In this document: positions 25,048 to 39,030 of the stretch, piece by piece | Position numbering within the stretch: the stretch's first letter is position 1 | Layout of the letters: the number at the start of each line of letters is the position of its first letter | DNA from: Octopus vulgaris | Taxonomy: Eukaryota | Length of the DNA: 64,000 bases | NCBI GenBank assembly: GCA_951406725.2 | Contig: OX597817.1 | Location: 52,824,001-52,888,000 of the forward strand | Direction: 5' to 3' | The notes under the pieces: generated by a model | Database searches by the model: none | Told to the model about the DNA's origin: nothing | Seen by the model: only the letters and a program-made list of their open reading frames with translations | Program-made: the position numbers and the translations under genes

Positions 25048-26806
25048 CAGGGCCAATTTAAGACCCATAGAGCCCCCAAGCATTGAGTGCTCAGGGGCTC
25101 TATGGGTCTTAAATTGGCCCTGATTTTGGTGCCCCTATATACATATGTAATTTAGAAAAATAAGCAATAATACAACATAAAATAAATTTTATTTTTCAAA
25201 ATGAAACGATAACTAACAGTAAGGTGGCAAATAATGTTTATTTTTGTACATATTTCCACTTCATTTATATTGGAAAAGTTTTCTCCAACTTTTTTTAATT
25301 GCAAAGTCATTGATCAGATCCTCCCTATGATATGATGACCGCCTCATAATTATATTTCCGATCATATAAATCAATTTGAATATTATTTTAGCAAATTTAA
25401 AGCGATTTCTTTTGAGCTGTAAACCATATACTATTTCTGTGATACCCACCCCCACTTCCTTTGATGCCCTAAGCATGTTCTTATTTTGCTTAATAGCTAA
25501 TCCAGTGCTGTTTTCACTCTTTACCTTGTATGCTCCAATACAAGGCAATCACAAATGCACCCAATGTTGTGGATATAAGAATCAATAAAATTATTTGATC
25601 CTCTTATCTTTTCTCTACACTCTAGTATCATGATACCCACTTCCCGTCAATTTTGTTCCTGATGTGTTTTAATTAATTTCTAATAATATACTGTAAAAGC
25701 TATGGCAGTTATTTTCCCTTATGACCTTTCCTTTCGCTCCCCCCACTCACCATCCGACAAACCATTTCCAGATTCATCCATCAGGGATCAATAAAGTAAA
25801 TACAACTACACCCTCCCCTATATCTAGGATACAGAACCTTAATCTTGTTTCATCATATACATGTGGACACCCATATAATAATCATATGAACACATACCCG
25901 CACACACACATATATACACATACACTTACATACATACATGCATATATACTCACACACAGATATACACACACATGTATACATTACATATATATGTGTGTGT
26001 ATATATAAATGTATATTCACATCTATCTATCTACCAATCAATCTACCTATCTACCAATCTATCTATCTGTCTGTCTGTCTATTTATCTATCTACCTATCT
26101 TTATATATGCATGTATATACACACATACACGCAAAAATATATATCGTCTCCAGCAGGCGAAACAACACGATCTGGGTCCTTATATTTTCAAATAAGGGAA
26201 ACTAGCACCCCCACTCAGCTCAAAACAATATCTGTGTATCGTGATTTCTGGGTTATGTTGGCAAACAATCTTTACTCCAAAGTACTGTTGCTGATTATCT
26301 CTCATTGTGAGATTTAAAAATAGTGATTTTCTAATTTATAGATCAGTGACTAGTTGTCACTTTGAAAACTATATATTTCGAATGGGAATTTGGCAGCGTC
26401 ACCTGTAGCCAAACAATTATTCTGTGGTGATGAAGATAAATAACCCAGAAATCACAATACACAGATATTGTTTTGAGCTGAGTGGGGGTGCTAGATACCC
26501 TTGTTTGAAAATATAAGTACACAGATCGTGTTGTATAGCCAGCTGGAGACGATGTCTCCAGGAACTAAATTACAGCAACAGTCGTCCTAAACCAGGACTG
26601 CCATGTTATGTTGGCAAACAATCTTTACTCTAAAGTGGAATTCTACAAAAATAAACAATTTTCCCACTTACTGTTTTGCTTTGTTTTGAAAACTAAAAAT
26701 ATATTTTATGGTTTGTTATTGTTTATATTTTGAACTACATAATCTTTTATGGGGGCACCAAAATCTTTTAAATGCTTTGGGCCTTGATGGGTCTTAATCC
26801 AGCCTT
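25048..26806. mobile_element. Decayed hAT-like non-autonomous element
   Basis: Left end CAGGGCCAATTTAAGACCCAT...ATTTTGGTGCCCC and right end GGGGCACCAAAAT...ATGGGTCTTAATCCAGCCTT. The minus strand carries a remnant LINDFAIKKSWRK resembling a hAT C-terminus. No clear TSD. Confidence 0.55.
26142..26554. mobile_element. MITE with TIRs of about 115 bp, nested in the hAT-like element
   Basis: ATCGTCTCCAGC...CTAGCACCCCCACTCAGCTCAAAACAATATCTGTGTAT..GTGATTTCTGGGTTAT is mirrored at 26440-26554. Confidence 0.8.
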
Positions 26807-27540
26807 AGTGACATATCATAAAACATCAATGAACAAATAAAAAGTCTGATGTTCTGTTGTATTGTTGATCATAAAGGCGTGGGAGTGGCTATGGTTCTGG
26901 GTTCAGTCCCACTGCGTGACACCTTGGGAAAGTGTTTTCTACTAAAGCCTCAGGCCGACCAAAGCCTTGTGAGTGGATTTGGGGGACGGAAACTGAAAGA
27001 AGCCTGTCGTATGTGTGCATGTGTGTGTGTATATGTCGCTTGACAACAGATGCTGGTGTGTTAATGTCCCCGTAACTTAGTGGTTTGGCAAAAGAGAATG
27101 ATAGAATAAGTATTAGGCTTACAAAAAATAAGCTGTGGGGTCGATTTACTCAACTAAAGGTGGTGCTCCAGCATGGCCACAGCCATATGACTGAAACAAA
27201 TAAAAGAGTAATAGAGTATATGATATGCCGTCTGCTAGTTGTATTGCTCTAACATGTGTCTGTATGTCTCGTGGCTGTAGGTGTTATCGGTTTAGTGCAG
27301 CATCCATCTCTGGTGGCAGTTGCAGCATCTTTAATCTTTCTTCCTCTCTCTAAAAGTAATGAATAACAGATGAAGAGAAGAATATGTAGTTAAAACCCTA
27401 CCTCACTCCCCCTCTCTTTCTTTTTACCTCTCTCACTCCGTCTCTCCCTCTCTTTTAGTTTTGTTTCTGACCATTTCCCTCTCCCTACCCTCCATCTGCA
27501 TCTCATACTTCCTCTCGGCTGCTTTTGCTCAGGGTCAGCT

Positions 27541-27820
27541 TAAGCACATAAAAACAAAAAAAAACTTCATGACGCACACCAAACAATTTTTAACTCATTT
27601 CTCTTATACCGCGAAAAATGCTTCATTAGTTATAATATATGTAATTGCATTCTGCATTCATTAATTTCGTGTTTCAATAACAATGTCATTATACATTATT
27701 TACATTTGACAGATATTTGTCCACATCTTGTTTGTTGTTAACACAACATTTTGGCTGATATACCCTCCAGCCTTCATCAGGTGTCTTGGGGAAATTTCGA
27801 ACCTGGGTTCTCATTCCTAA
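27541..27820. repeat. Direct repeat of about 280 bp, copy 1 (copy 2 at 29880-30166), including a Penelope-like terminal fragment
   Basis: AGCACATAAAAA...TCATGACGCACACCAAACAATTTTTAACTC...GGGTTCTCATTCCTAA is present in both copies. Confidence 0.85.
27740..27785 (-). ncRNA. Minimal hammerhead ribozyme motif with mutated core
   Basis: GACAC-CTGATGA-AGGCTG...CAGCC-AAAA-TGTT-GTGTT. The GAAACG box has changed to AAAATG. Confidence 0.55.
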
Positions 27821-28016
27821 GCACTTAACAGATTTTGGTGCCTCCATATATATATGTAATTCAAAATATAAACAATAATAAACCATAAAATAAATTTTGA
27901 TTTTTCAGGATGAAACAAAACTGACTGTGAAATAGAAAACAACATTTATTTTTGTATGCTTCCATTTTATTTATATTTGAAAAGTTTTCTTCTGCTTTTT
28001 TTTAATTGTAAAGTGT

Positions 28017-28550
28017 TTAACCCTTCAGCATTCAGATTGCTCTGTCAAACTTAATAATTATTTATCTACATTCATCATCATCATCATCATTTAACATCTG
28101 TTTTCCATGCTAGCACGGGTTGGACGGTTCGACCGGGGTCTGGTAAGCCATGGAGGCTGCACCAGGCTCCAGTCTGATCTGGCAGTATTTCTACAGCTGG
28201 ATGCCCTTCCTAACACCAACCACTCCGAGAGTGTAGTGGGTACTTTTTATGTGCCACCAGCACAGGGGTCATAGGAGGCCGGCAAATGGCCAAGATTGGT
28301 TGGTACTTTTACGTGTCACCGACACAGACGCCAGTCAGGCGGCGCTGGCATCTGCCATGTTCGGACGGTGCCCGTATTGTTTTGAATTAATCAGGCATTA
28401 TCTTGTAGCTTCAATACTTCGATGATGTGATAGCTTATGTTTAGGATGATGTTGGAGGATAAGTGTGAGAGGCCAGATCTGACCAATTTGAACATAAAAC
28501 AGGTAAAATATTTGTGCTGGTTATAGCTGGTTTAAATGCAAGGATATTAA
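28017..28550. mobile_element. piggyBac-like MITE (TTAA|CCC) interrupted by an RTE-tail copy at 28072-28372
   Basis: TTAACCCTTCAGCATTCAGA at the left and a degenerate GTTTAAATGCAAGGATATTAA at the right. Confidence 0.5.
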
Positions 28551-30029
28551 CAGCTAATTTGAAATATTAAATGATGTGAAAACAATATTATCATCATTAG
28601 CTAAGGTTTCTCTGATCCTTATGGCAAGGGAGACAACTCAAATCAATTTTCAGATTTATTACAACCTCAACAGCGAAACAGACTTGAAATGTTACAACCA
28701 AAGTTGTGAGGTGGGGAATTATTAAGAAAATGTTAGCTATTGTACCCTGATTGATGTAAAAAAATATAGAAATAGCTAGGGAGTAAATTATTCTGAGATA
28801 AATGTAAGCATGCTTCAGATGATTGATAGAAGCCAGACTTGTTGGTGTCACTATTGCCATACTTGAGTGTTCATTGGCCTGAGTGTTACACCAAAGAACT
28901 CACTACAATTGAAATATGTGGCGCATTAAAAGCACTATTTGAGCATGATCGATGCCAGTGTTGCCTGACTGGCTCCTGTGCTAGTGGCATGTAAAAAACA
29001 CCATTTGAGTGTGGTCGTTGCCAGTGCTGTTGGATTGGGTCCTGTACAGGTGGCACGTAAAAAGTACCTTTTGAGTATGGTCGATGCCAGTACTGCCTGA
29101 CTGGCCTTTATGCCAGTGGCACGTAAAAGCACCCACTACACTCTTATGTGGTTGATGTCAGGAAGGACATCCAACTGTAGAAACTTTGCCAGATCAGATT
29201 GGAGCCAGGTGCAGCCTTCTAGGCTTGCCAGCCCTCAGTCAAACAATCCAACCCATGCCAGCATGGAAAGTGGACATTAAACAACAATGATAATGGTGAT
29301 GATGTTATATCTGCTATATAAAAGAGTGTATGTGTGTATGTATGTGTGTATATATCATATAAAAGATCAGAAACAGTGTGTCCACAAGGAAAACGGATTT
29401 GATTTTTGAAATCTGTATCCCAATGAGAAGGTATTCAGCAATTAGGAATAATGAATATAATATTCAATGAGAAATATTTCAACTTTTAGACCGATAAATC
29501 TACCCTTCTGAGTCTTACATATCTGTCTGTCTGTCTCTTATGTTTTTCCTCTCTCTATATATATATATTTACCACACTCTCTGTATATGTATATCTGTCA
29601 TACATGCTACTCACCTCACTGCTTTCAGTATGACATGTAATTGTTTCTATTGTTTAAAACTCTGTCATTGTAGCATCTAATGATTTTACTTTCATTCAAC
29701 ATCAAAAACTATTCTAAATTTGAGAATTTTCACTCAGTTTTGAAATTTCGAAATCTGTGAGAGCAACAGAAAAGATCCCCCACCTCTCTATTTGTCGTTC
29801 TTTGTCTTTCACACTTTTCTCATTGTAAACTTCCCCACCTCTCAGAGAGGCATAGCCAGGTTCTAAAGTTAGTAGGAGTGAGCACATAAAAAACACAAAA
29901 TGTCATGACGCACACCAAACAATTTTTAACTCATTTCTCTTATACCGCACAAAATACTTCATTAGTTATAATATACGCAATTGCATTCTGCATTCCTTAA
30001 TTTCATATTTCAGAAACAATGTCATTATA

Positions 30030-30310
30030 GATTATTCACATTATTTACATTTGACGGATATTTGACCTCATCTTGTTTGTTGTTAACACAACGTTTCGGC
30101 TGATATACCCTCCAGCCTTCATCAGGTGTCTTGGGAAAATTTTGAACCTGGGTTCTCATTCCTAAAGAAAATAAAAACTACCTTAGGAATGAGAACTCAG
30201 GTTCGAAATTTCCCCAAGACACCTTATAAAGGTTGAAGGGTTGAACGTTGTGTTAACAATAAACAAGATGAGGATAAATATCTGTCAAATGTAAATAAAG
30301 TAAATAATGT
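30030..30310. mobile_element. Inverted pair of Penelope-like pseudo-LTR fragments
   Basis: 30030-30166 and 30182-30310 are reverse complements (TTAGGAATGAGAAC.CAGGTTC.AAATTT.CCCAAGACACCT...AACGTTGTGTTAACAA.AAACAAGATGAGG). Confidence 0.75.
30085..30130 (-). ncRNA. Minimal type I hammerhead ribozyme (Penelope type) with intact core
   Basis: Minus strand reads GACAC CTGATGA A GGCTG gagggtatat CAGCC GAAA CG TT GTGTT. Stem I is GACAC/GTGTT, stem II is GGCTG/CAGCC, and palindromic AACGTT replaces stem III. Confidence 0.75.
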
Positions 30311-30961
30311 ACATAATTTCTCATCTCTTAAATATAGAACTGCAATGTCATTATGTATGAAACTTCCAACTACTGATATTGGTGTGACAGGAAAAAGATG
30401 AAACTCCACAGGATCATCCAGGTTTTGTCAGGGTTTGTTTCGGTTCTTCAGATGTCACCAACACATCACAAGAGATTGAGCAGACAATTCAAAAACATGG
30501 GATGTTGATCAAATAAAGTAAAGACCCCAGAAAGTTTTTCCAAGGCCATGTGGTTAACATAGAAAAGATTCGACTTTTATCGCACATGTGAACTAAAGAG
30601 TGAGAAAAAATTGTTGAAAAAGGGGTCAATTTTGAAAAATGTGTTTGGAGGGAGTGGTTTCTCCTCTATTTGCTCTGCCATTGCCTTCTCTTTTACATTT
30701 ACCATACTATCCCACCCTTTCTCTGTATATGTATATTGTCCACGTTGAGTGTGTGTGTTTGTATGAGTGTGTGTGTGTGTGTGTGTTTGTGAATTTGTGT
30801 GTATGCATGTGTGTAAGGAATTTCATTAGGGCTACAGAGTTGAAAGATCCCTGCAAAGCAGCAGCAGCAAACTCAGGAGACACCCGAACAGAGAACAAAT
30901 AGACTTGATAATATATGAACACGAGTTTCTGTCACACAGACTAAGGGGACGTTGTGTCACA

Positions 30962-31182
30962 TTTCAATTCAAATGACTTCAATTTCTGTGAGTCATAGTT
31001 TTACCATGGCCATCAACAAATCACAAGAGCAAACATTTTTGGTTGCAGGTTTACACCTTGAAGAGCCCTGCTTCCCCCCTTGGTAAGCTTCATGTTGGAT
31101 GTTTAAGAGTTGGAAGTAAGGAAAATCTTTTACATCTCTGCATCAAATGGAAAAACAAAACTATTTCGTTTATCGTGACGTA
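30962..31182 (+). pseudogene. Helitron RepHel PIF1-like helicase C-terminal fragment
   Basis: Through frameshifts: FQFK*LQF.VSHSFTMAINKSQEQTFLVAGLHLEEPCF..GKLHVGCLRVGSKENL...SNGKTK. This matches the helicase motif V/VI pattern QFP...AMTINKSQGQT...HGQLYVA.SRV. Confidence 0.85.
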
Positions 31183-34179
31183 GATTGCTCCAAATAATGC
31201 AGAAATCTGTCCTGATCAAGTGGCCTGTCTATGGCTAGACAGTGAATAAAAGGTATCTGAAATAAAAGTATTCTGTTGTGAAAATGACCTGGCAACGTCG
31301 AGTTACTCAGCTGGTTATTCATAGGTGGTCAATGGGTCTCCTGTGTACTGGTACTGCACCACCCATAGCGATACACTTTAATGATGATGAGGATGATGCT
31401 GACATCAGCACTGATGATGACGGTCAAAAATAGAAAAGAAACAACAACAATAACAAATGCAACATAAAAAAAGAAACAAAATATATAAAATAAAATGTCC
31501 AACTTACGGTAAAACATTGGAAAAGAGCGACATTTTCTTTCGATTCTATTATATTATTAACTATTATTATTATTATTATTATTGCTATTGTTTTGGTTTT
31601 TGGGATATATCTGTTCTTTTTGTTCCTTTTTTTTTACGATTCAGTCAGAAGGGTAAGGTCATTAACCACGAACCCCTTCGGGGTCCCTGTGACTGAGGGG
31701 CAATAAAGAAAGAAGCTATCCTCAGACCAATGACCTTGGCCCAAATACTGGAATCAGAATGAACTCCACTAGTGGCCACCAAAGGGCCAGGTGGTGGCGG
31801 TGACGGTGGGGGTGGGGGGACGGTGCTAAAACACAGATTAAGTCTTGTCGTTGTTGTTGCAGTTGCAGTAAATTCTTTTCGTAGATTGTCCGAAATACGT
31901 AATATTTTCTCCTTATAAGGAAGTCCTCATTCTAAGATTTCCATTTTTATTCCTCTTGGTAACAAGATAACATTGTATTGTACAACCTTCTCGTTGATCC
32001 ATCATAATTTTACTAAGAATACAACAACGTGTCATGTGATCAATTTGAATCACGGAGAGGGTGTTGGGGGTAGCGTTGTTATTGTTGTTGGTGGTGGTGG
32101 TGCCGTCGGTGGTGTCATTGGTGATTGTGGTGGTATTAGCAGGGGATGTTGGTGGTGGTGGTGGTTGCGGCGGTGGTGGTATTTAGAAGGCAATGTCGAG
32201 GAGATTTGGCAGTGAAGCTGGATTAGTGGATATGATGGTGTGAGGGTGCAGGAGTGTGGTGGTGTGGTGTTGAATGAGGATGAGAGAGGGAAAGACGCGT
32301 GAGAGGGAGGGAGAGGAAAAAGGCAAGAGTGATGGTGGTAGTGGTGGTGGTGATGGTGGTGCTAATAATGAGGGTGATGGTGGTGATGGTGGTTCTAATG
32401 ATGTGGGTGATGGTGGTGGTTGTGGTGATAATGGTGGTGATGATGGTGGTGGTGGTGATGGTGCTAATGATGAGGGTGATGGTGGTGGTTGTGGTGGTGG
32501 TGATGGTGGTGCTAATGATGAGGGTGATGGTGGTAATCGAGATATTTTGATTGTGATCTTGAGTGTGAGTGCATGTGCTTTTGAGTGTGAAGGTGAGATT
32601 GAGTGTGACATGTGAGGGATTTCATTTTTGTTTATTGAAAGGAGGAAGGTTCGATTTATGCAGTTCATAGTTGAGATGGTGAGGGAAAGGGAGAGAGAGA
32701 GAGAGATAGAGAGAGAGAGAAAAAGGTGTTGGTATGACAGAACAAGCAGGTGAGTGAAGGGATTGAAATTCTGATTAGGATTGAGTGATAATAGAGAGGT
32801 TTACACACACACTCACACACACACGCATGCACACAAATACATGCACACACACACATACACACAAACGCACACATACATGCAGACACACGCATACAGTCAC
32901 ACATGTATGCACACACACATATTCGCATATACCCACACACACATGCATGCACACACATGCATGCACACACATGCATACACTAATACACAACATATATACA
33001 TACATGCATACACATGCACACAAACACATGCACACACACATATGCATGCACGCACACACATGCATACACACACATACATGCACACATTCACACACACACA
33101 TGTATATACACACACACATGCATGCACGCACATACACACAACATACATACATACATATATATAAATGCATGTATAGAAGAAGGATGGTCGGGGAGGGGGT
33201 TAGATTATTGGAGCATCACATACATTTTTTATATTATTTTATAGTTCAGGAAAGTTCAGAGTGTCCCCTCCACCCCACCCCACCCGTTCTTGTTTTCTTC
33301 AAAAGAAAAACAGTAATTAGGTTAACGAGAGGCTGTTGTTAGTCATTAGATAATAACACTAAGATGCAATTAATGTTGTAGCCAAAGTTGAGGTGATTAC
33401 AAACACGGTTTCGAATTGAACTTTGGATGTGCTAACTTAGGTCCTGTAACCCTTTGTAATCTTATAATCCCAGAATTACACATCTTGTCACCCTGTTGTC
33501 ATTGTTTAGGGCAGTGGTGTTCAACCCCTTTTTTTTTTACCTTTGAACCCCTTTGTTCCTATTTTACTCTGGTGAACCCTCATAAACATTTGATGTTTAA
33601 AAATTTCTCGACATGGTTCTGGGTTCAGTCCCACTGCATGGCACCTTGAGCAAGTGTCTTCTGTTATAGTCATGGGCCAACAAAAGCCTTGTGAGTGGAT
33701 TTGATAGATGGAAACTCAAAGAAGCCTGTCATATATATATATATTTAAATAATGCGGCAGACTACCTAGCAGTCTTGCCCTGTCAATATACATATATATA
33801 TATATGTATATATCTGTGTGTGTGTCTGTGTTTGCCCCCCCCCCCAATATCACTTGACAACCGATGGTGGTGTGTTTATGTCCCTGTAACTTAGCGGTTC
33901 GGCAAAAGAGACCTATAGAATAATTACTAGTCTTACAAAGAATATATCCTGGGGTCGATTTGCACGACTAAAGACGGTGCTCCAGCATGGCCGCAGTCAA
34001 ATGACTGAAACAAATAAAAGAATATCTTTACAGGCTCCGTTAGGGGCCTCAAAACTTGAAATAGCACAGAATTTAAATCAAACTGTTTTGAATAATACAT
34101 GGAACCTCCAATAAATGTGTTGAGGGCTCTTTCCTTACTTTGTCCACTCACTCATATCTTTATAATAATAAAGGAACAA

Positions 34180-34994
<815 letters not shown>

Positions 34995-36090
34995 CATCAT
35001 CATCATCATCATTTAAAGTCTGCTTTCCATGCTGGCATGGGTTGGACCATTTGACTGAGAACTGGTGAACCAGATGGCTGCACCAGGCTCCAATCTTGAA
35101 CTGGCAGAGTTTCTACAGCTGGATGCCCTTCCTAATGCCAACCATCCCGAGAGTGTAGTGGGTACTTTTACGTGCCACTGGCACGAGAGCCAGTCAGGTG
35201 GTACTGGCAACGGCAATGCTCAAATGGTGTTTTTTTACGTGCCACCTGCACAGGAGCCAGTGCAGCGGCACTGGCAACGACCTCAAATAAATTATAAATA
35301 TATGCATATATACATAGATATATGTACATACCTACATATATATATATATACATGCATATATGGATACAGGACATCAAAAAAACGTGGACAGAATGAGAAA
35401 CAAGAGCATAAAAAACAAAAACATAGAAAACGAACTTTTTTTCGAACAACGAAAGAAACAAACAAACAGAGAAACGAGACATACAAAATAAAGAACATTC
35501 GCTTCATCAGTTGTCCCTTGTTTTATCTACTCCGCATTTCAAAGGTAAGGACAAGACGCAACTTCATTAAAACAGTCCTTCCCGCAAAGAAAATTGAATA
35601 AAATTTGGGATTTTCTGTGATGGGTGAAAGTGATAATAAAAACAGGACAGTGAGAACAAAACAGTAAAAATAATGGTGAGGGCTGTTAAGCCAAGACGAT
35701 GTGAAGTGGTGAACGCTTAGAAAAACAAGCTTCGAGAAAAGACAGATAAAAGCACGTCTCGTCTTGGAAGGAAGTAGAAGAAAGAGAGAATGGCTGTTGG
35801 TCACGTGTGAGCAATGAGGGAGTCAAAGAGGAAGAGTGAGAGAAAGAGAGAGAGAGAAAATGGTGAAGGGGAGAGGAGAAGAATAGGAAAAAGGTGGGAG
35901 AGAAAAACAGAAAGAAAGAAGAACAAAAGAGGGAGATAGATAGACAGAAAAGAGATAGAATAAGAGTGAACATCATAACTATTATGATAAAACACACTTG
36001 GAAATGGATGCGTGGCATTCGATCATATAATAATATAAATAATATATAAATATATGCATATATATATATACATATATGTATATATATATA

Positions 36091-37027
36091 CTAGCTTAAG
36101 GTGACCCGCTCTACATGCGGGTAAGAGTGTGGTTGTTACTTTCTGTTGATTCCTTTCAGCACGTAAAAAGTACCATCTGAACGTGGCCGATGGCAGCGCC
36201 GCCTTGACTGGCTTCTGTGCCGGTGGCACGTAAAAAGCATCAACCAATCATGGCTGCTGCCAGCCCCCCTGGCACCTGTGCCGGTGGCACGAAAAAAAGC
36301 ACCCACTACACTCACAGAGTGGTTGGTGTTAGGAAGGGCATCCAGCTGTAGAAACCCTGCCAGATCAGACTAGAGCCTGGTGCAGCCTCCTGGCTTCCCA
36401 GACCCTGGTCAAACTGTCCAACCTGTGCTAGCACGGAAAACGGACGTTAAACGATGATGATGATGATTCTCCCTCTTTGTTTCTCTCTCCTTTCTCTCTC
36501 ACTTTCCCACTCTCTTGCTTTTCTTTTCTCTCAGACTCTCCCTCGCTTTCTCTTACTCTCTATCTTTATCTATCTCTCTCCCATTTATAAACAATAAAAG
36601 ATCTTGAGTAAGTTGAGAAATAAAATATTTTGAAAGATCAATCATAAATATCAGGCAGTGACAACGGAAAGGTCTGCTTCAAGGCAGACAGCAAAACACT
36701 AACATTCAAAACTTCATCATGGATGGCAACACATTGACGATTAAAAGGCTGACGCAAATTTTTTAGCTTGATGTAACAGAGAATTCCTAAACACCCGCTC
36801 CTGTAAATTTTAATCCCCTTCCAGCCCCATTTAGACCCCTTTTCACATTTTGGTTAATATAACCCGATTTCATTCGGGTCTACTGGGGTCACATTTTATA
36901 AGATGAGGAATTTTGTCCTAGAGGTCATGCCTTTCATTTGAGGAAAAAAATAGTTGTCATGCAAACTCGCCAGCACTTTTAACATAGGTGTGCATATTTT
37001 CAGCTCAACCGACCACATAATGCACAC

Positions 37028-37060
<33 letters not shown>

Positions 37061-37113
37061 ATGTATATGTGTGTGTGTGTGTGTGTGCATGCATTATATA
37101 TACAAATGTATAC

Positions 37114-37148
<35 letters not shown>

Positions 37149-38132
37149 TAAATTAGAGATAAAACCACTAATAGGCAAATGAAACAGTGAAAAACATAAA
37201 AATAAAAATATAATATACAAAATATATAAAATATAAAATTGAAAAATTTAAATTATTTAAATTTAAAATTAAAATTATTAATTTATATTTATAATTTAAA
37301 AAAAAATATATATAACTATCAAAAAGTATTAAAAAGTTTAATATACATAAATACAGATATATATACTTTGTATATATACATTATATACACCTGTGCAGGT
37401 GGCACGTAAAAAGCACCCACTACACTCACGGAGTGGTTGGCGTTAGGAAGGGCATCCAGCCGTAGAAACACTGCCAGATCTGACTGGGCCTGATGAAGCC
37501 TTCCAGCTTCACAGACCCCAGTTGAACCGTCCAACCCATGCTAGCATGGAGAACGGACGCTAAATGATGATGATGATGATGATGATGTATATATACATAT
37601 TTATATATAGAACACACACACACACACATATAAATTAACCCAATAAATATCTGATTCATAATATTTGTTCTCATGATTGTGTGGTGGTGCTGGCGATGAT
37701 AATTCTCTCTATGAATGCAGACAGACGTAGAGAGAGAGAGAGTGTGAAAGCGCTGGCGAAGGCGGGGGGGGGGGGGAAGATATAGAACGCTGTGAAACGA
37801 CGTTATAAAGAGAAAGTGAATGGAGGTAGACGCTGTGAAACGACGTTATAGATAGACTGTGATGGGAAGGGAGGAAAGAGAGTGAGTGATGGAGGAAGAC
37901 AGATACATAAAAGAATGACAGTAGACTTGTCAAAGTGCATTTTTGGTCCTAGCAACGACACCTTTTAAGATGGGGATTTCTAACCTAGCCCACTTGCATC
38001 CTCATCACATTTTACATGTCTCTGTAAATTTTGGAGTCAATCCGATGGGATCTAGTGGCCTTTAACCCGTTCTCAATGCCAAAACCAGACAAACAAACAA
38101 ACTTTTCACATTTCAGAATTATAATATAGAGA
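36091..38132 (-). mobile_element. Non-autonomous Helitron with nested RTE-tail copies and microsatellites
   Basis: On the minus strand it starts A|TCTCTATATTATAA at 38132 and ends with hairpin ACCCGC...GCGGGT followed by CTAG|T at 36091. Confidence 0.65.
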
Positions 38133-38140
38133 TATGCACG

Positions 38141-38200
<60 letters not shown>

Positions 38201-38728
38201 TATATGGGTCAGTGGCCCGGGAACAAAATTTGCTTAGGGGGTGCAAGGAGACAACATTACAATGTTAAAACATTCAACGATGGAAGTTTTAACAAAGTTT
38301 TGTGAAATGCTGGATAAACATGTGAACAATACACATTTTTGAAATTGGAACAAAATTGAGGTAATTGAAAAGTGAAAATCAAACAGAAAAGATCATCTAC
38401 ATACTTCTTTCAGCGATTCATCGCTTCGATTGCCTTGGAAAAGAAGCTATCCTGTTAGTTAAACAAGTTTTCAACAGCTGATAAGACATCATCACTATGA
38501 TATTGGTTCCTAACCGAGTATTTTTTATATATATATATATATATGTAGGGGATATAGATAAGATGAGGTCAAATCACTAAAGTAGGGATTATCAGCTGGG
38601 ATTCTCCCCAATGACTTTACTAAGATCATCTGGGGCCCCAATTCGCCGTGAAACCATTAGGTAGCTGGTATCCTTACGAGGTCTATTTATATAAATATCA
38701 TATATTTATAAAGAGTGCAAATTTAGCC

Positions 38729-38990
38729 GGTACTACTTAAGAAGAGTGGTCCCGGTGCGCGCACTCACACATCCACACTAGCTAGTTATGACTAGTTGAT
38801 CCTTTGTGTTTTGGGGTTTTATTTACTTTGTTTAAAAAATGATTTACTTTGTTTTTAAAAAAATTATTTACTTGGTGAAAAAAATGATTTATTTTGTGTT
38901 TTATTTACTTTGCTAGTCGTTGTAGAATCGACTAGTTACGACTAGCTAGTTCGGATGCACGCACTGGGACCACTCTTCTTAAGTAGTACC
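38729..38990. mobile_element. MITE with a 9-bp TSD and GGTAC termini (Merlin-like)
   Basis: Perfect 25-bp TIR GGTACTACTTAAGAAGAGTGGTCCC. TSD AATTTAGCC at 38720-38728 and 38991-38999. Confidence 0.9.
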
Positions 38991-39030
38991 AATTTAGCCA
39001 TTTCTCTGTAGATTGAAAAAAAGATGAACA

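Noticed and set aside
32183-32668. Pro/Ser-rich extensin-like and Gly-rich ORFs
   Set aside because: A degenerate (GGT/GAT)n array is open in several frames, with no splice or homology support. The same applies at 12.0-12.4 and 18.2-18.6 kb.
35495-35520. Hammerhead at minus-strand CTGATGA
   Set aside because: I could not find a matching stem II plus GAAA box at a plausible distance.
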